DNA of 63,534 nucleotides, counting the filler, from Planctomycetota bacterium (GTDB lineage Bacteria; Planctomycetota; Planctomycetia; JALXBF01): NCBI GenBank assembly GCA_026991575.1. It is 6 parts of 6 records of this genome, joined end to end, with 100 filler letters (N's around TTAATTAATTAA, not from the genome) between each part and the next. Parts side by side here need not be neighbours in the genome. Positions count along the whole stretch, not along the records: positions 1 to 25,205 come from JALXBF010000031.1; 5 more parts are not named here. The stretch is one strand, 5' to 3'. The translations under genes and the position numbers were made by a program. Below the pieces are notes generated by a model. The model worked only from the letters and a program-made list of their open reading frames with translations. It made no database searches and was not told the origin of the DNA. Numbering within the stretch: position 1 is the stretch's first letter; each line of letters opens with the position of its first letter. Below are positions 1 to 9,393 of the stretch, one piece after another.

Positions 1-117
1 GCGAACTTGATCCAGGCCCAGCGCGACTACTTCGGAGCCCACACGTACCGGCGAGTCGATCGGCCTGGCACGTTCCACACGGACTGGCTTCGGCTGCGCC
101 GTCCCTGGCCTGCTTAG
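1..117 (+). CDS. gnd: 6-phosphogluconate dehydrogenase, C-terminal fragment (partial)
   Basis: Frame +1 reads [29 protein letters not shown]...stop at 115-117. [15 protein letters not shown] is the conserved 6PGDH C-terminal motif. Not in the ORF track. Confidence 0.9.
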   Translation, partial: ANLIQAQRDYFGAHTYRRVDRPGTFHTDWLRLRRPWPA

Positions 118-298
118 CATGCCAACCAGTCTTGCTTCCGGTTGGACCGTACGGTCTCCCAGTCCGCGGCACAAGCCTGGCGGAGTGCGCCGTCGCGGCC
201 CGGCGTGGCAGCGACCGCAGCACATCGCGCCGCTGTGAGCAAGCGGCAGCGGTCGTTGCGGCAGGGCGATCGCCAAGGAAGGATGGCATTGGCCTCTG

Positions 299-3200
299 CT
301 AGGGCGCGGCGGTGGAGGAGGATGGCTCCAGGCCCAGAGGGGCCTCGCCGACGCGCACCTGCCGGAGCCGTTCGAGGTAGCGCTCGTAAAGTTCCGTTTG
401 CTTGTTCGTTGGCGGCAGCAGCCGCCCGGCGATCACGATGGCCTTCACCTGCGTGGCCGGCTGCAGGATGTCGCCGTCAGCGATCACCAGGTTTGCGATC
501 TTGCCTACTTCAATCGAACCCAGGATGTCGTCGACGCCGAGCAGCCGTGCCGGCGCAATCGTCACCGCCTCCAGCGCAGCCATCGGGGGCAGGCCGTACG
601 AGGCGGCCAGGGCCGCTTCGAAGGGCAAGTTCCGCGGCGCCGTTGCGCTCTCGGGGCCGAACGTGCTGGACTTCAGCGCAAAGGGCACGCCGTGTTCGTG
701 GAGCACGGCAGCGGTTCGGTAGTACGCGTCGTAGGGCTCATATTCGGAGCGCGGCAGCGTGGTTGCCGGTCCGAGCAGAACGCGGACACCATGCTGCTTA
801 AGCACTTCGGGGCACTTCCACGCCTGCGTCGCATCTGCCAGCAGCCACGTCAGCTTAAGCTCCCTGGCAAACCGGATCGCTTCAATGATTTCCATGTAAC
901 GGTTCGCGTGGATCACTACGAGCTTCTCGCCCCGGGCGAACGGTGCCAGAGCGGCCAGCTTCGGGTCGGGGGTGGGCGCTGTTACCTTGCCTTCGGCGGC
1001 CAGCTTCCGGAGCCGGTCGTAGTGCAGGGCGAGCCGGAACTGTTCCTTCAGTTCCTGTACCGCCTTCCGATAGTTCTTGTCCTTGATGCCCTTCTCCGGC
1101 ACGCGGGGTAACCGCACGTGCAGAGTGATGCCATCGCGCACGATCATTTCACGCGGCACCCAGCCATTCAGGTTGAACAGCACACCCTGGCCGGCAATGC
1201 CGGTGCCCGTCGGATGGGATAGGGCTGTGAGGACGCCGTTGGTACGGGTTACGCCGATCCAAGCACTTTCCGGATGCAACGCAATCGACGCGCGCAGGTC
1301 GGGGTTGAACGAGCCTTTCTCTCGGTAGTCATGCGTCTCGCGCACGGCACCGATCTCGCTCAGACCCAGCGTGCCGCCGCTGTTGATCATGCCCGGGTAG
1401 ACGCGAAGACCGCCGAGGTCAAGCTCGACTGCCCCATCGGGTGCCGGCAACTCCGCACCACCCAACGCCGCGATCTTCCCATCGGCGACGACGACCGTAC
1501 CGTCGCTGATCGGCTTGCCCACGACCGGGTGAATCTCGGCGTGACGCAGTACGAGCGGACGGTTTGCCGGGCCCTTCGGGATCGGAACCGTCTTCTTCCG
1601 CAGCTTCTCCGGCGGGCGGGGCGAACCGTAGCCGCTCGGCTTACGGTCAGCTGCTTCGAAGTAGACTTCGCCGTCTATCAAGGTCATCACGCAGCGGCTG
1701 TACCCGTTCAGCGGGTGGCCGTTGAAGATGGCCAGGTCGGCGTCCTTACCGGGCTCGATTGATCCGATCCGGTGATCCAGGCCGAGTTGGCGGGCCGCGT
1801 TGATCGTCACCAGAGCCAGTGCCTCGTCCTCACTGAGGCCACCATAACGCAGCGTCTTGGCTGCTTCCTGGTACATGTGGCGGATCAGATCTGCCGAGTC
1901 GCTCTTTAGCGTGCTAACCACACCGGCCCGGAGCAAGAACGCGGCGTTGTGTGGGATTGCGTCATAAGCTTCGACTTTGTAGGCCCACCAGTCCGCAAAC
2001 GTCGACGTGCTCGCGCCATGAGCCGCGATCTCCGCGGCCACCTTATAGCCCTCCAGAACATGCTGCAGTGACTGGACACGGATGCCGTAGCGAGCGGCAG
2101 TGTTGAGGATCATGAGGATTTCGTCGGCACGGTAGCAGTGGCAGTGAATCTTGTAGCGGCCCTCCAGGATCCTCACCAGCGCCTCCAGCCGCAGGTCGCG
2201 CCGTGGCTCCGGCACCGGCTTGCCTTCGGCCTTTGCCCGCAGGTAACGCTGCCACTCAGAACGATACGCACGCGCTTCCTCAAAGGCACGACGGATCACC
2301 GCTTCGACGCCAAGCCGCGTGTCGGGAAAGCGGCGTTCAGACCGCTTCGGGTTCTCCCCCAGCGCGAACTTCACACCCTGAGGCGCGTCGGCGATGAGCA
2401 TCTCGTCCACGGACTTGCCCCACTTCAGCTTGATCACCGCATCCTGGCCGCCGATCGGGTTTGCCGAGCCGTGCAACAGCCGAGCCGTGGTACATCCGCC
2501 TGCAACCGCACGATAGATCGCGATGTCGTCGCTACGTACCACGTCCTTAATGCGGACCTCCGGTACCACCGTCAACGTGAACTCGTTCACCCCCCGATCA
2601 ATCGCAATGTGAGCGTGCGTATCGATGATGCCGGGCATGACGTACAAGCCCGTGGCATCGATGACCTTCGTGCCCTCTGGTGCCTTGAGGTTCTTGCCCA
2701 CCTGAAGAATCTTGCCATTGCGAACGAGAATGTCGGCCTCGCGCAGCGTGCCGCGGGTGACGGTCAGCACCGTAGCGTTCTTGATCAGCACGTTGCCGCC
2801 AGTACGCGTCTTCGGCTTGCGGTCCTGCGGTAACTCGGTGGGGTATGGCTCCACTGCGTCAGGCTTGTCGGTTGCCTTCTGCGGCTTGCTCCCGGCCTTC
2901 TGCGGCTCCTTGCCCTTCTGGGCCGATGCCTGTTGCTCGGCTGACGGCTTGTCCTCGACAGCTTCCTTGCCTTCGGGCTGTTGCCCTGTACCATCGGGCT
3001 TCTGGTCCTGAGGCTTCTTCTGGTCGACTGAGGTGAACCCGACGCGACGTTCCCTGCCGTACTGGAAGACGACGCCGTCGGCAATGACCAGCGCAACGTT
3101 TGCCTTTTCCTCGAACGCCCCGTTCTCGAACGCGACCGCGTGAGCAAGGTAGCCCCGGGCGAGCCTGCCAAGCCGCTCACCCAGACCGGCGATCCGAGCC

Positions 3201-4450
3201 GGCGTCGTGGTCAAGGCGGCGAGGGCTGCTTTCTCCGGGAGCCCTTCCTTCACAACGAGCCGAAGCTTTGCCAGGAACTCGTCCGGCTTGGCCAGTCCGA
3301 TCGTGGAGAACGCTATCGGTACGCCGTGCTCGCTCAGGACCTTCGCACACCGAACGCGTTCCTGCCACCGCCGTAACCGGTCCTGCTGCACCCGAGGGCT
3401 TTCGGGTTCTTCGTTTGGCAAACCATCCTGGCCTTTCTCCGGTTCCTTAGCCGGCTTGGGCCGGTCCGGAAAATCGACCCGTAGCACGACTGTGACTTTG
3501 GCTTCAGCCAATGCTCGAGCTCGGCGCCAGGCGTCGCGACCGCCAACCAGCACCAGTCGGAACCCGAACTCCTTGCTCAGCTTCAACGCGCGGTCGATCT
3601 CATCAACCGTGTTCGCCTCCCAGAACACCGGCCGGCGCCGCTTAACGACCTGCCGGATCGCTTCCAGCGCCACGTCCTTCGGGGGATGCGGTCCGCCGTG
3701 TTCGCGATAGAACTGCCAGAGTCCCTCGTAGTACCGAGCATCGAGCACGATCTGACGCAGGTGGGCAATCTGGCCCATGAGTGTCATCGGGTATGCAAAC
3801 TCGGGGATACGAGCGAAAGCCACGTGCAGCCCAACGGGCGCCTGTAAGATCGCCTCTCGACGTGGCAGTCCGCTGTGGCTGACCGCAGCACCCTGGCCCG
3901 AGACGATCGCTCCGGGGGGGAAGACGACCGACGTGGTCAGACCGGCACGGTGCAACGCCTCCAAGCTGCCACTGTCCAGGCGAACCAGCTCGGCAGCCTC
4001 TACTTCCGGAGTGATCCCACGCCGGTTATCCGGAGGTGTCAGCGCAAGGCTGTAGCTTGTGTAGTCGATCGACCGGCCCGGTCCAACCTTCGACCGGACC
4101 TCCTCTGGCTTGATTCCCCGCGTGGTGAACGCATCCACGAAGCCTGGATATACGACCAGGCCCCGTCCGTCGTAACGCACCGCCTCAACCGGAATCTCCC
4201 CCTGCCGGAACGGACCCGCGTAGCGGATGACTCCACGGTGCACGACTAGTAGGCCGTCCTCAATCGTTTGACCGGGTTCGGTAACCAGCCTGGCATGCTC
4301 GATGGCAAACGTTTCCGGCTGGTAGCCGGCCTGCCATTCGGCACTTCCAACGGGCAGAAGCGCGGCGAGGGCTGCCACAACGCCGAGTACGATGCCGCGT
4401 GAAGGAGTCACACGAAGCACTCGGGGAAGATAGCGGTTGAGCATCGGCAC
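299..4450 (-). CDS. Secreted multi-domain amidohydrolase (three imidazolonepropionase-like units fused)
   Basis: Signal-peptide-like N-terminus and three amidohydrolase units, each ending in a G.i..GK.A.l-type motif. The middle unit has PGIIDTHAH, KFALGENPK, HCHCY, QH and KSDS. Confidence 0.85.
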   Translation of the reverse strand: MPMLNRYLPRVLRVTPSRGIVLGVVAALAALLPVGSAEWQAGYQPETFAIEHARLVTEPGQTIEDGLLVVHRGVIRYAGPFRQGEIPVEAVRYDGRGLVVYPGFVDAFTTRGIKPEEVRSKVGPGRSIDYTSYSLALTPPDNRRGITPEVEAAELVRLDSGSLEALHRAGLTTSVVFPPGAIVSGQGAAVSHSGLPRREAILQAPVGLHVAFARIPEFAYPMTLMGQIAHLRQIVLDARYYEGLWQFYREHGGPHPPKDVALEAIRQVVKRRRPVFWEANTVDEIDRALKLSKEFGFRLVLVGGRDAWRRARALAEAKVTVVLRVDFPDRPKPAKEPEKGQDGLPNEEPESPRVQQDRLRRWQERVRCAKVLSEHGVPIAFSTIGLAKPDEFLAKLRLVVKEGLPEKAALAALTTTPARIAGLGERLGRLARGYLAHAVAFENGAFEEKANVALVIADGVVFQYGRERRVGFTSVDQKKPQDQKPDGTGQQPEGKEAVEDKPSAEQQASAQKGKEPQKAGSKPQKATDKPDAVEPYPTELPQDRKPKTRTGGNVLIKNATVLTVTRGTLREADILVRNGKILQVGKNLKAPEGTKVIDATGLYVMPGIIDTHAHIAIDRGVNEFTLTVVPEVRIKDVVRSDDIAIYRAVAGGCTTARLLHGSANPIGGQDAVIKLKWGKSVDEMLIADAPQGVKFALGENPKRSERRFPDTRLGVEAVIRRAFEEARAYRSEWQRYLRAKAEGKPVPEPRRDLRLEALVRILEGRYKIHCHCYRADEILMILNTAARYGIRVQSLQHVLEGYKVAAEIAAHGASTSTFADWWAYKVEAYDAIPHNAAFLLRAGVVSTLKSDSADLIRHMYQEAAKTLRYGGLSEDEALALVTINAARQLGLDHRIGSIEPGKDADLAIFNGHPLNGYSRCVMTLIDGEVYFEAADRKPSGYGSPRPPEKLRKKTVPIPKGPANRPLVLRHAEIHPVVGKPISDGTVVVADGKIAALGGAELPAPDGAVELDLGGLRVYPGMINSGGTLGLSEIGAVRETHDYREKGSFNPDLRASIALHPESAWIGVTRTNGVLTALSHPTGTGIAGQGVLFNLNGWVPREMIVRDGITLHVRLPRVPEKGIKDKNYRKAVQELKEQFRLALHYDRLRKLAAEGKVTAPTPDPKLAALAPFARGEKLVVIHANRYMEIIEAIRFARELKLTWLLADATQAWKCPEVLKQHGVRVLLGPATTLPRSEYEPYDAYYRTAAVLHEHGVPFALKSSTFGPESATAPRNLPFEAALAASYGLPPMAALEAVTIAPARLLGVDDILGSIEVGKIANLVIADGDILQPATQVKAIVIAGRLLPPTNKQTELYERYLERLRQVRVGEAPLGLEPSSSTAAP

Positions 4451-4669
4451 AGGCTCCAGATCACCGTGGTGTCACGCGACGTTGCTGTTGGAGCGCGGGC
4501 TGGGAAGGGAGAGTTTACCTAGTTTACCATGACCGCTCCGGGCCGTAAACTCCCAGCCGGTCGTTTGGTCGCACCCGAATCAGAGTGGCCGGGCAGACGG
4601 GCCGTCGTGCTATGCTAGTTAGCCATGGTGGGCGAGCTGGTTCAGCCTCGAGCGAGGAGTGGGCTGGTC

Positions 4670-4963
4670 ATGGTGGAACACAGTCGTGTTGATCCGGAGC
4701 AGGTTGCGCGCGAATGGGCTGCTCGCGGTTTCTCCTGTGACCTTTGGGTCGATCCGCCGGGCCAGCGCTGGGAAAATTTCGTGCACGATGTCGATGAGCT
4801 CGTCGTCGTGCTGGAAGGGCAGATGGAATTCGAAGTAAACGGCAAGGTGTACCACCCGGCGCCGGGCGAGGAACTGCTCATCCCGGCTGGCGCAATCCAT
4901 TCGGCCCGCAACATCGGGACGACCACGGCCCGATGGTTGTATGGTTACCGCAAGCGGCGATGA
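4670..4963 (+). CDS. Cupin domain protein
   Basis: HDVDELVVVLEG and IPAGAIHSARN cupin motifs. GAGGAG RBS before ATG 4670; the ORF track starts at 4625. Confidence 0.85.
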   Translation: MVEHSRVDPEQVAREWAARGFSCDLWVDPPGQRWENFVHDVDELVVVLEGQMEFEVNGKVYHPAPGEELLIPAGAIHSARNIGTTTARWLYGYRKRR

Positions 4964-4991
4964 TGTGTAGCTTGACCGGGAGTAGGGAGCC

Positions 4992-5417
4992 ATGAGCGAC
5001 GAGAAACTCCGCTTTGTTACCGCAGCCGAGATGCAGGTCGAAGAGCTGCCGTGGGGGCCGCACGAGTGGCTGTCACGCCCGGGCCTGGTAGCGGCCGAAC
5101 AGCTCCTGCTGGTGCGTGTCCATATGCCGCCTCGCCAGGCCCACAAGTTTCACCGCCACCCGGAGCAGGAGGAGATCATCTACATTCTTGAGGGGGTGGC
5201 CGAGCAGTGGGTGGACCGCGAAAAGCGAATCCTGGGGCCGGGCGAGGTTGCACACATTCCGCGCGACGTCGTGCACGGTACGTACAACATCGGCGACAGC
5301 ACGTTGCGCTTCCTGGCAATCCTCTCGCCCGCCATCATCAGCGGGCCGCCGCTGATCGACATGAGCGAAGAGGAGCCGTGGAAGTCGCTCCGACCGTGGC
5401 CCCCCGCAACGTCCTAG
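4992..5417 (+). CDS. Cupin domain protein
   Basis: HKFHRHPEQEEIIYILEG and IPRDVVHGTYN cupin motifs. Confidence 0.85.
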   Translation: MSDEKLRFVTAAEMQVEELPWGPHEWLSRPGLVAAEQLLLVRVHMPPRQAHKFHRHPEQEEIIYILEGVAEQWVDREKRILGPGEVAHIPRDVVHGTYNIGDSTLRFLAILSPAIISGPPLIDMSEEEPWKSLRPWPPATS

Positions 5418-5435
5418 CAGCGAGGCCAAGCAACG

Positions 5436-6320
5436 ATGCAGCAGCCGGCCACGGATTTCGAGGGCTACGAACCGTCGCGCCCCTACCTGGTGGGCATCGA
5501 CTCAGACGGCTGCGCCTTCGACACCATGGAGCTGAAGCACAAGGAGTGCTTCATACCGAACATGATCTACGTCTGGGGGTTGCAGGCTGTCTCCAAGTAT
5601 GCGCGGCAGGCTGCCGAGTTTGTGAACCTGTACTCGAAGTGGCGCGGCATCAACCGGTTCCCGGCCCTCGTGAAAACGTTCGACTTGCTGCGGCAACGCC
5701 CTGAAGTGCTCCGCCGTGGCGTGAGTATCCCGGAAGTCCCCAATTTGCGGCAGTGGGTCGAACAGACAACGCGGCTGGATAACCAGAGCCTCACACAGGA
5801 GCTGGAGCGGACCGGCCACCAGGATCTAGCCCTGGCGCTAGAGTGGAGCAAACTGGTCAATGAAACCGTGGCCCGGATGGTGCGCGGTGTTCCCCCATTT
5901 CCGTACGTACGCGAGACGCTGGAGCGGCTGGCCGACGTGGCCGATGTGGTGGTCGTCTCGGCCACCCCTACGGAGGCTCTCTTGCGCGAATGGCACGAGC
6001 ACGGCATTAGCCGGTACGTCCGTGTGATCGCCGGTCAGGAGGCAGGTAGCAAGCAGGAGATGCTGCAGCGCCTGGCTGATTGCTACGAACCGTCAAGACG
6101 GTTGATGATCGGCGACGCGCCCGGGGACCGGCGAGCTGCCCAGGCCACCGACACGCTGTTCTATCCGGTGTGCCCGGGACAGGAAGAGGCTTCCTGGCAG
6201 CGCTTCTGCGAGGAAGCCTTGGATCGGTTTCTGACCGGCACTTACGGCGGTAGCTACGAGCAAGCACTGCTGGAGCAGTTCGATCGGTGCCTGTTGGAGC
6301 AGCCCCCGTGGGGTCCGTGA
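5436..6320 (+). CDS. HAD-superfamily hydrolase
   Basis: Motif I GIDSDGC, VVSAT, K, and motif IV MIGDAPGD. Confidence 0.85.
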   Translation: MQQPATDFEGYEPSRPYLVGIDSDGCAFDTMELKHKECFIPNMIYVWGLQAVSKYARQAAEFVNLYSKWRGINRFPALVKTFDLLRQRPEVLRRGVSIPEVPNLRQWVEQTTRLDNQSLTQELERTGHQDLALALEWSKLVNETVARMVRGVPPFPYVRETLERLADVADVVVVSATPTEALLREWHEHGISRYVRVIAGQEAGSKQEMLQRLADCYEPSRRLMIGDAPGDRRAAQATDTLFYPVCPGQEEASWQRFCEEALDRFLTGTYGGSYEQALLEQFDRCLLEQPPWGP

Positions 6321-6528
6321 CAGCCACGCGGTGCGCACCGGTCGGCATCACGCGCCGGTGGCCGTAGCAAATCGCCCTGGGGCCGCGTTCCCAAGAGCCG
6401 CGTCGCACCCGGTTGCCGGGCCGGGCTTGCGTGTACCTCAAGGGAAGGGGTGTGCGGTGCGGGCGGTGGTTGTTCGGGTTGACGGTCGCTGAGAGTGGCC
6501 GTAGAGTTCAAACGGAGCCGGTGACAGT

Positions 6529-6601
6529 GGGGGGTTAGCTCAGTTGGGAGAGCGCCAGAATGGCATTCTGGAGGTCACGGGTTCGAATCCCGTACCCTCC
6601 A
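6529..6601 (+). tRNA. tRNA-Ala(GGC), CCA not encoded
   Basis: Cloverleaf: acceptor GGGGGGT/ACCCTCC with the G3:U70 Ala identity pair, D-arm GCTC/GAGC, anticodon stem CCAGA/TCTGG with GGC, T-arm ACGGG-TTCGAAT-CCCGT. Confidence 0.97.
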
Positions 6602-6615
6602 CTGACTTAGGTGAC

Positions 6616-6646
6616 AAAGGCCGGTCCGAACGGGCCGGCCTTTATT
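6616..6646 (+). terminator. Intrinsic terminator after the tRNA (possibly bidirectional)
   Basis: AAAGGCCGGTCCG-AA-CGGGCCGGCCTTT hairpin followed by ATT. Confidence 0.6.
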
Positions 6647-6763
6647 GCTGCGCCCGGTGGTCGAGCAGACCCGGCCACAACCCACGTGGTGGTCCGTTTC
6701 GTGGCCGGCTCGGCAGTGGCAGCCCGGCAACAAGTCGACGTGGGCCGGCGCAGAATGGCTGGG

Positions 6764-6795
6764 CAAAAGGAACGGCACCGCTTTAGCGGTGCCGT
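6764..6795 (-). terminator. Intrinsic terminator of the putative selenoprotein gene
   Basis: ACGGCACCGC-TTTA-GCGGTGCCGT stem-loop followed on the minus strand by TCCTTTTG, 35 nt past the stop at 6830. Confidence 0.65.
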
Positions 6796-6829
6796 AACTG
6801 CCGGTTGCCCGTCCGAGGAAACAACGAGG

Positions 6830-7408
6830 TTACTCGAGCATGTTCTCCACGTCGCGGACGATCGACTTCACGACCTCGCTCTTCAGGTCGGTTGTCCCCG
6901 TGTAGCCGACGCTCTTGACCACCTTGACCGCCTTCCAGAGGATCACGGTGACCGCAGCGTCCTTGTCGATCTTGTAGCTGCTAGGAGGCGGTCCCTCGAT
7001 GTAGGTCAGCGGTACGTACTCGATGTTGTGTTTCTTGGCGAAGGCAGCCAGTTTTCGCTCGGCGACTTTGCCATCATTGGTCAGCAGCACGATGAACGCA
7101 CTCAGCTGCTTGTCCTGGTTGGCAGCGACGGCCTTGTCCAGTGCCTTGGCCAGACTGGCCAAGTTCCGGTCGAGTTTGCGCGTAAAGACGCAAACGACCG
7201 GATTTGGACCGTACTTTCACCTGTAGCAGAGGACGCCACGCTCGTCGCGTCCGATTCCCTTGACGGTCTGGCCCGTGACGTTGTGGACATTGAACGCCTG
7301 AGGCGTTGCGCCGGGCTCAAGCCCGGACCTGATTTCGCCGGCCAGCGCGAGGCCTGCGATGCAGGCGCCCGCTGCCAGCGCGCCTAAGACAATTGCTCTT
7401 CTGGACAT
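6830..7408 (-). CDS. Putative secreted thioredoxin-like selenoprotein (CxxU, in-frame UGA at 7217-7219), 192 aa
   Basis: ORFs 7217-7408 and 6830-7162 share a frame and are separated only by TGA: ...VLCYR-U-KYGPNPVVCVFTRKLD.... There is a signal peptide, a GGAGGAGG RBS and a hairpin 14 nt 3' of the UGA. Confidence 0.75.
7165..7202 (-). promoter_or_regulatory. Candidate SECIS-like stem-loop
   Basis: mRNA reads UCCGGUCG-UUUGCG-UCUUUACG-CGCAAA-CU-CGACCGGA: 8-bp and 6-bp stems starting 14 nt after the UGA. Confidence 0.5.
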
Positions 7409-7465
7409 ACGTTCCTCCTCCAGTGCTCATGCTGTCGACGCACCCGGTGCGCACGGACAACCGGC

Positions 7466-9220
7466 TCACTTCCGATTACTATACGCGTCGCAGCCGACTT
7501 GCGTTGGAAGCTGCTGGCTGGCCCAGACGATGCGCCCCGCCACGACCGTGGCGACGGTCGTGGCCCGGATAAGCGCGTCCGCCGGGCGGTCCAACACGTT
7601 CGGCGCGACCACGGTCAGGTCCGCGTCGTAGCCGACAGCAATCCGGCCGCGACGGTGCTCGACGAACGCCGCGTATGCGGCCTGGGCCGTAAACGCATCC
7701 AACGCCTCGTCCAGACGGAGTCTTTGCCCGGGCAACCACCCGCCCCGCGGCTCGCCATCGACGGTCTGCCTGGTTATCGCCGCGTAGAGCCCCAGATAGG
7801 GCGAGACTCGTTCAACTGGAAAGTCGCTGCCAAAGGCTAAGCGGACGCCGTGGTTGAGCAAGCTACGCCAGGCGTATGCTCCGACGAGCCGTCGCCGACC
7901 GAGCCGTCGTTCGGCCCAGCGCATGTCGGTCGTCGCGTGGGTGGGTTGCATCGACGCGATAATGTTCAGCTGGGCAAAGAGCGGCATGTCTTCGGGCCGG
8001 ACCAACTGCGCGTGCTCGATGCGCAAGCGTGGATCGTCGCATGGCACCGCCTCCAGCGCACGTCGGTACGCTTGGAGCACCTCGTAGTTTGCACGGTCCC
8101 CTATGGCATGCGTGCAGACCTGCCAGCCGGTCCGCAGACACTGTTTCGTGATCCGTTCGATTTGCGCTGGCGGAGTGAGCACCAGCCCGGTCGACATCGG
8201 TTCGTCGGCGTACGGTTCGAAGAGCCACGCACCGCGTGAGCCCATTGCCCCGTCGGCAAAGAGCTTGACCGCCCTGAGCACGAACAGACGGTCCGGGTCC
8301 TGCCATTGCGGTCGTTGAGCAAGCCAGCCCCAGGGGGGGCCATCCGGTGCGGCGAGCATGCCGTAGACGCGAAGTTGAAGGTCCCCTGCCAGGTCCATCT
8401 CACGCAGCACGGTAGCTTCCTGCTCGGACAAACCGGCATCGTGCACGCATGTCAGCCCCTGACGAAGGCATTCCCGCTGCGCGAGCAGGTAGCGTCGCTT
8501 CAAATCGGCCTTGCTTGGCGGCGGGATGTGACGGGTCACCAGGGACATGGCCGCATCGAGCAGGACACCGGTGGGTTCACCGCGCTGATCGCGCAGGATT
8601 CTACCCCCTTCCGGGTCGGGCGTGTTCCGATCGATTCCGGCAATCTGTAGCGCCTTGCGGTTGCACCAGCCGGCATGGCCGCCGACGCGGCGCAGCCAGA
8701 CTGGCCGGTCCGGAATCGCCTCAGACAGAGCGTCTGCTGTCGGGAATCGGCGGTCCGGCCACAAGCTCTGATCCCACCCGTAGCCGATGATCCAGGGCAG
8801 TTCGGGATGTTTGGCCGCATAACGACGAACCTTCTGCACGGCTTCAGCTTCGCTGCGGCAATCGCGCAGGTCGACCTGCTCAAGCAGTTCGCCCAGCGTC
8901 TGTAAGTGGGCATGGCAGTCTGCCAGTCCTGGCAGGATCACCGCACCATTGAACCGTCTGACCGCGACACCCACCTTGCCGAGCTGGCGTCGGACAGCCT
9001 GCTCCTGACCGACTGCCACGATCTTTCCGTTCCGAATTGCCACGGCGTTGCCCACCACGCCCCGGGTACGGTCGGCCCAGACGGCGTCGGCTACCAGGAC
9101 GAGAACGCTTGGTTCAGACGCTGGAGCGATCATGACCGCCCCTCTCAGCAACGCCAGCAGAAGCAGCGCGAAGATGGCCCGTGAGTGGCCTGGTCGAGGC
9201 ACGGTGCTCGCGATACGCAT
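7466..9220 (-). CDS. Amidohydrolase family 3 (YtcJ-like)
   Basis: PGLADCHAH, VKLFADGAMGSRGA, THAIGDRAN, RIEHAQ, SMQPTH and FGSDFPVE motifs. Start chosen at the signal-peptide-like ATG 9220; the ORF track starts at 9361. Confidence 0.9.
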   Translation of the reverse strand: MRIASTVPRPGHSRAIFALLLLALLRGAVMIAPASEPSVLVLVADAVWADRTRGVVGNAVAIRNGKIVAVGQEQAVRRQLGKVGVAVRRFNGAVILPGLADCHAHLQTLGELLEQVDLRDCRSEAEAVQKVRRYAAKHPELPWIIGYGWDQSLWPDRRFPTADALSEAIPDRPVWLRRVGGHAGWCNRKALQIAGIDRNTPDPEGGRILRDQRGEPTGVLLDAAMSLVTRHIPPPSKADLKRRYLLAQRECLRQGLTCVHDAGLSEQEATVLREMDLAGDLQLRVYGMLAAPDGPPWGWLAQRPQWQDPDRLFVLRAVKLFADGAMGSRGAWLFEPYADEPMSTGLVLTPPAQIERITKQCLRTGWQVCTHAIGDRANYEVLQAYRRALEAVPCDDPRLRIEHAQLVRPEDMPLFAQLNIIASMQPTHATTDMRWAERRLGRRRLVGAYAWRSLLNHGVRLAFGSDFPVERVSPYLGLYAAITRQTVDGEPRGGWLPGQRLRLDEALDAFTAQAAYAAFVEHRRGRIAVGYDADLTVVAPNVLDRPADALIRATTVATVVAGRIVWASQQLPTQVGCDAYSNRK

Positions 9221-9393
9221 GGCTCGTTGGTTACTGTTTGAGGTTTGGACGAGGGGCACGGCACGGGTTTTCTTCTCAGCACGCACCTCGCGTACCGTGT
9301 TCGCCGGTTGCAGATGCTTGTGCGCTTGAAGCCTCGGCGGCTTTTCGCGACAATCATACACGTTTCACCACTGTGCCAGGCGGAGAGAAGCCG

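Noticed and set aside
6529..6830. tRNA-Ala as an integration site
   Set aside because: No integrase, no duplicated tRNA 3' end and no compositional shift seen nearby.
6830..7408. Two separate small genes (63 aa and 110 aa)
   Set aside because: They share a frame and are split by one TGA in a CxxU context; one gene explains them better.
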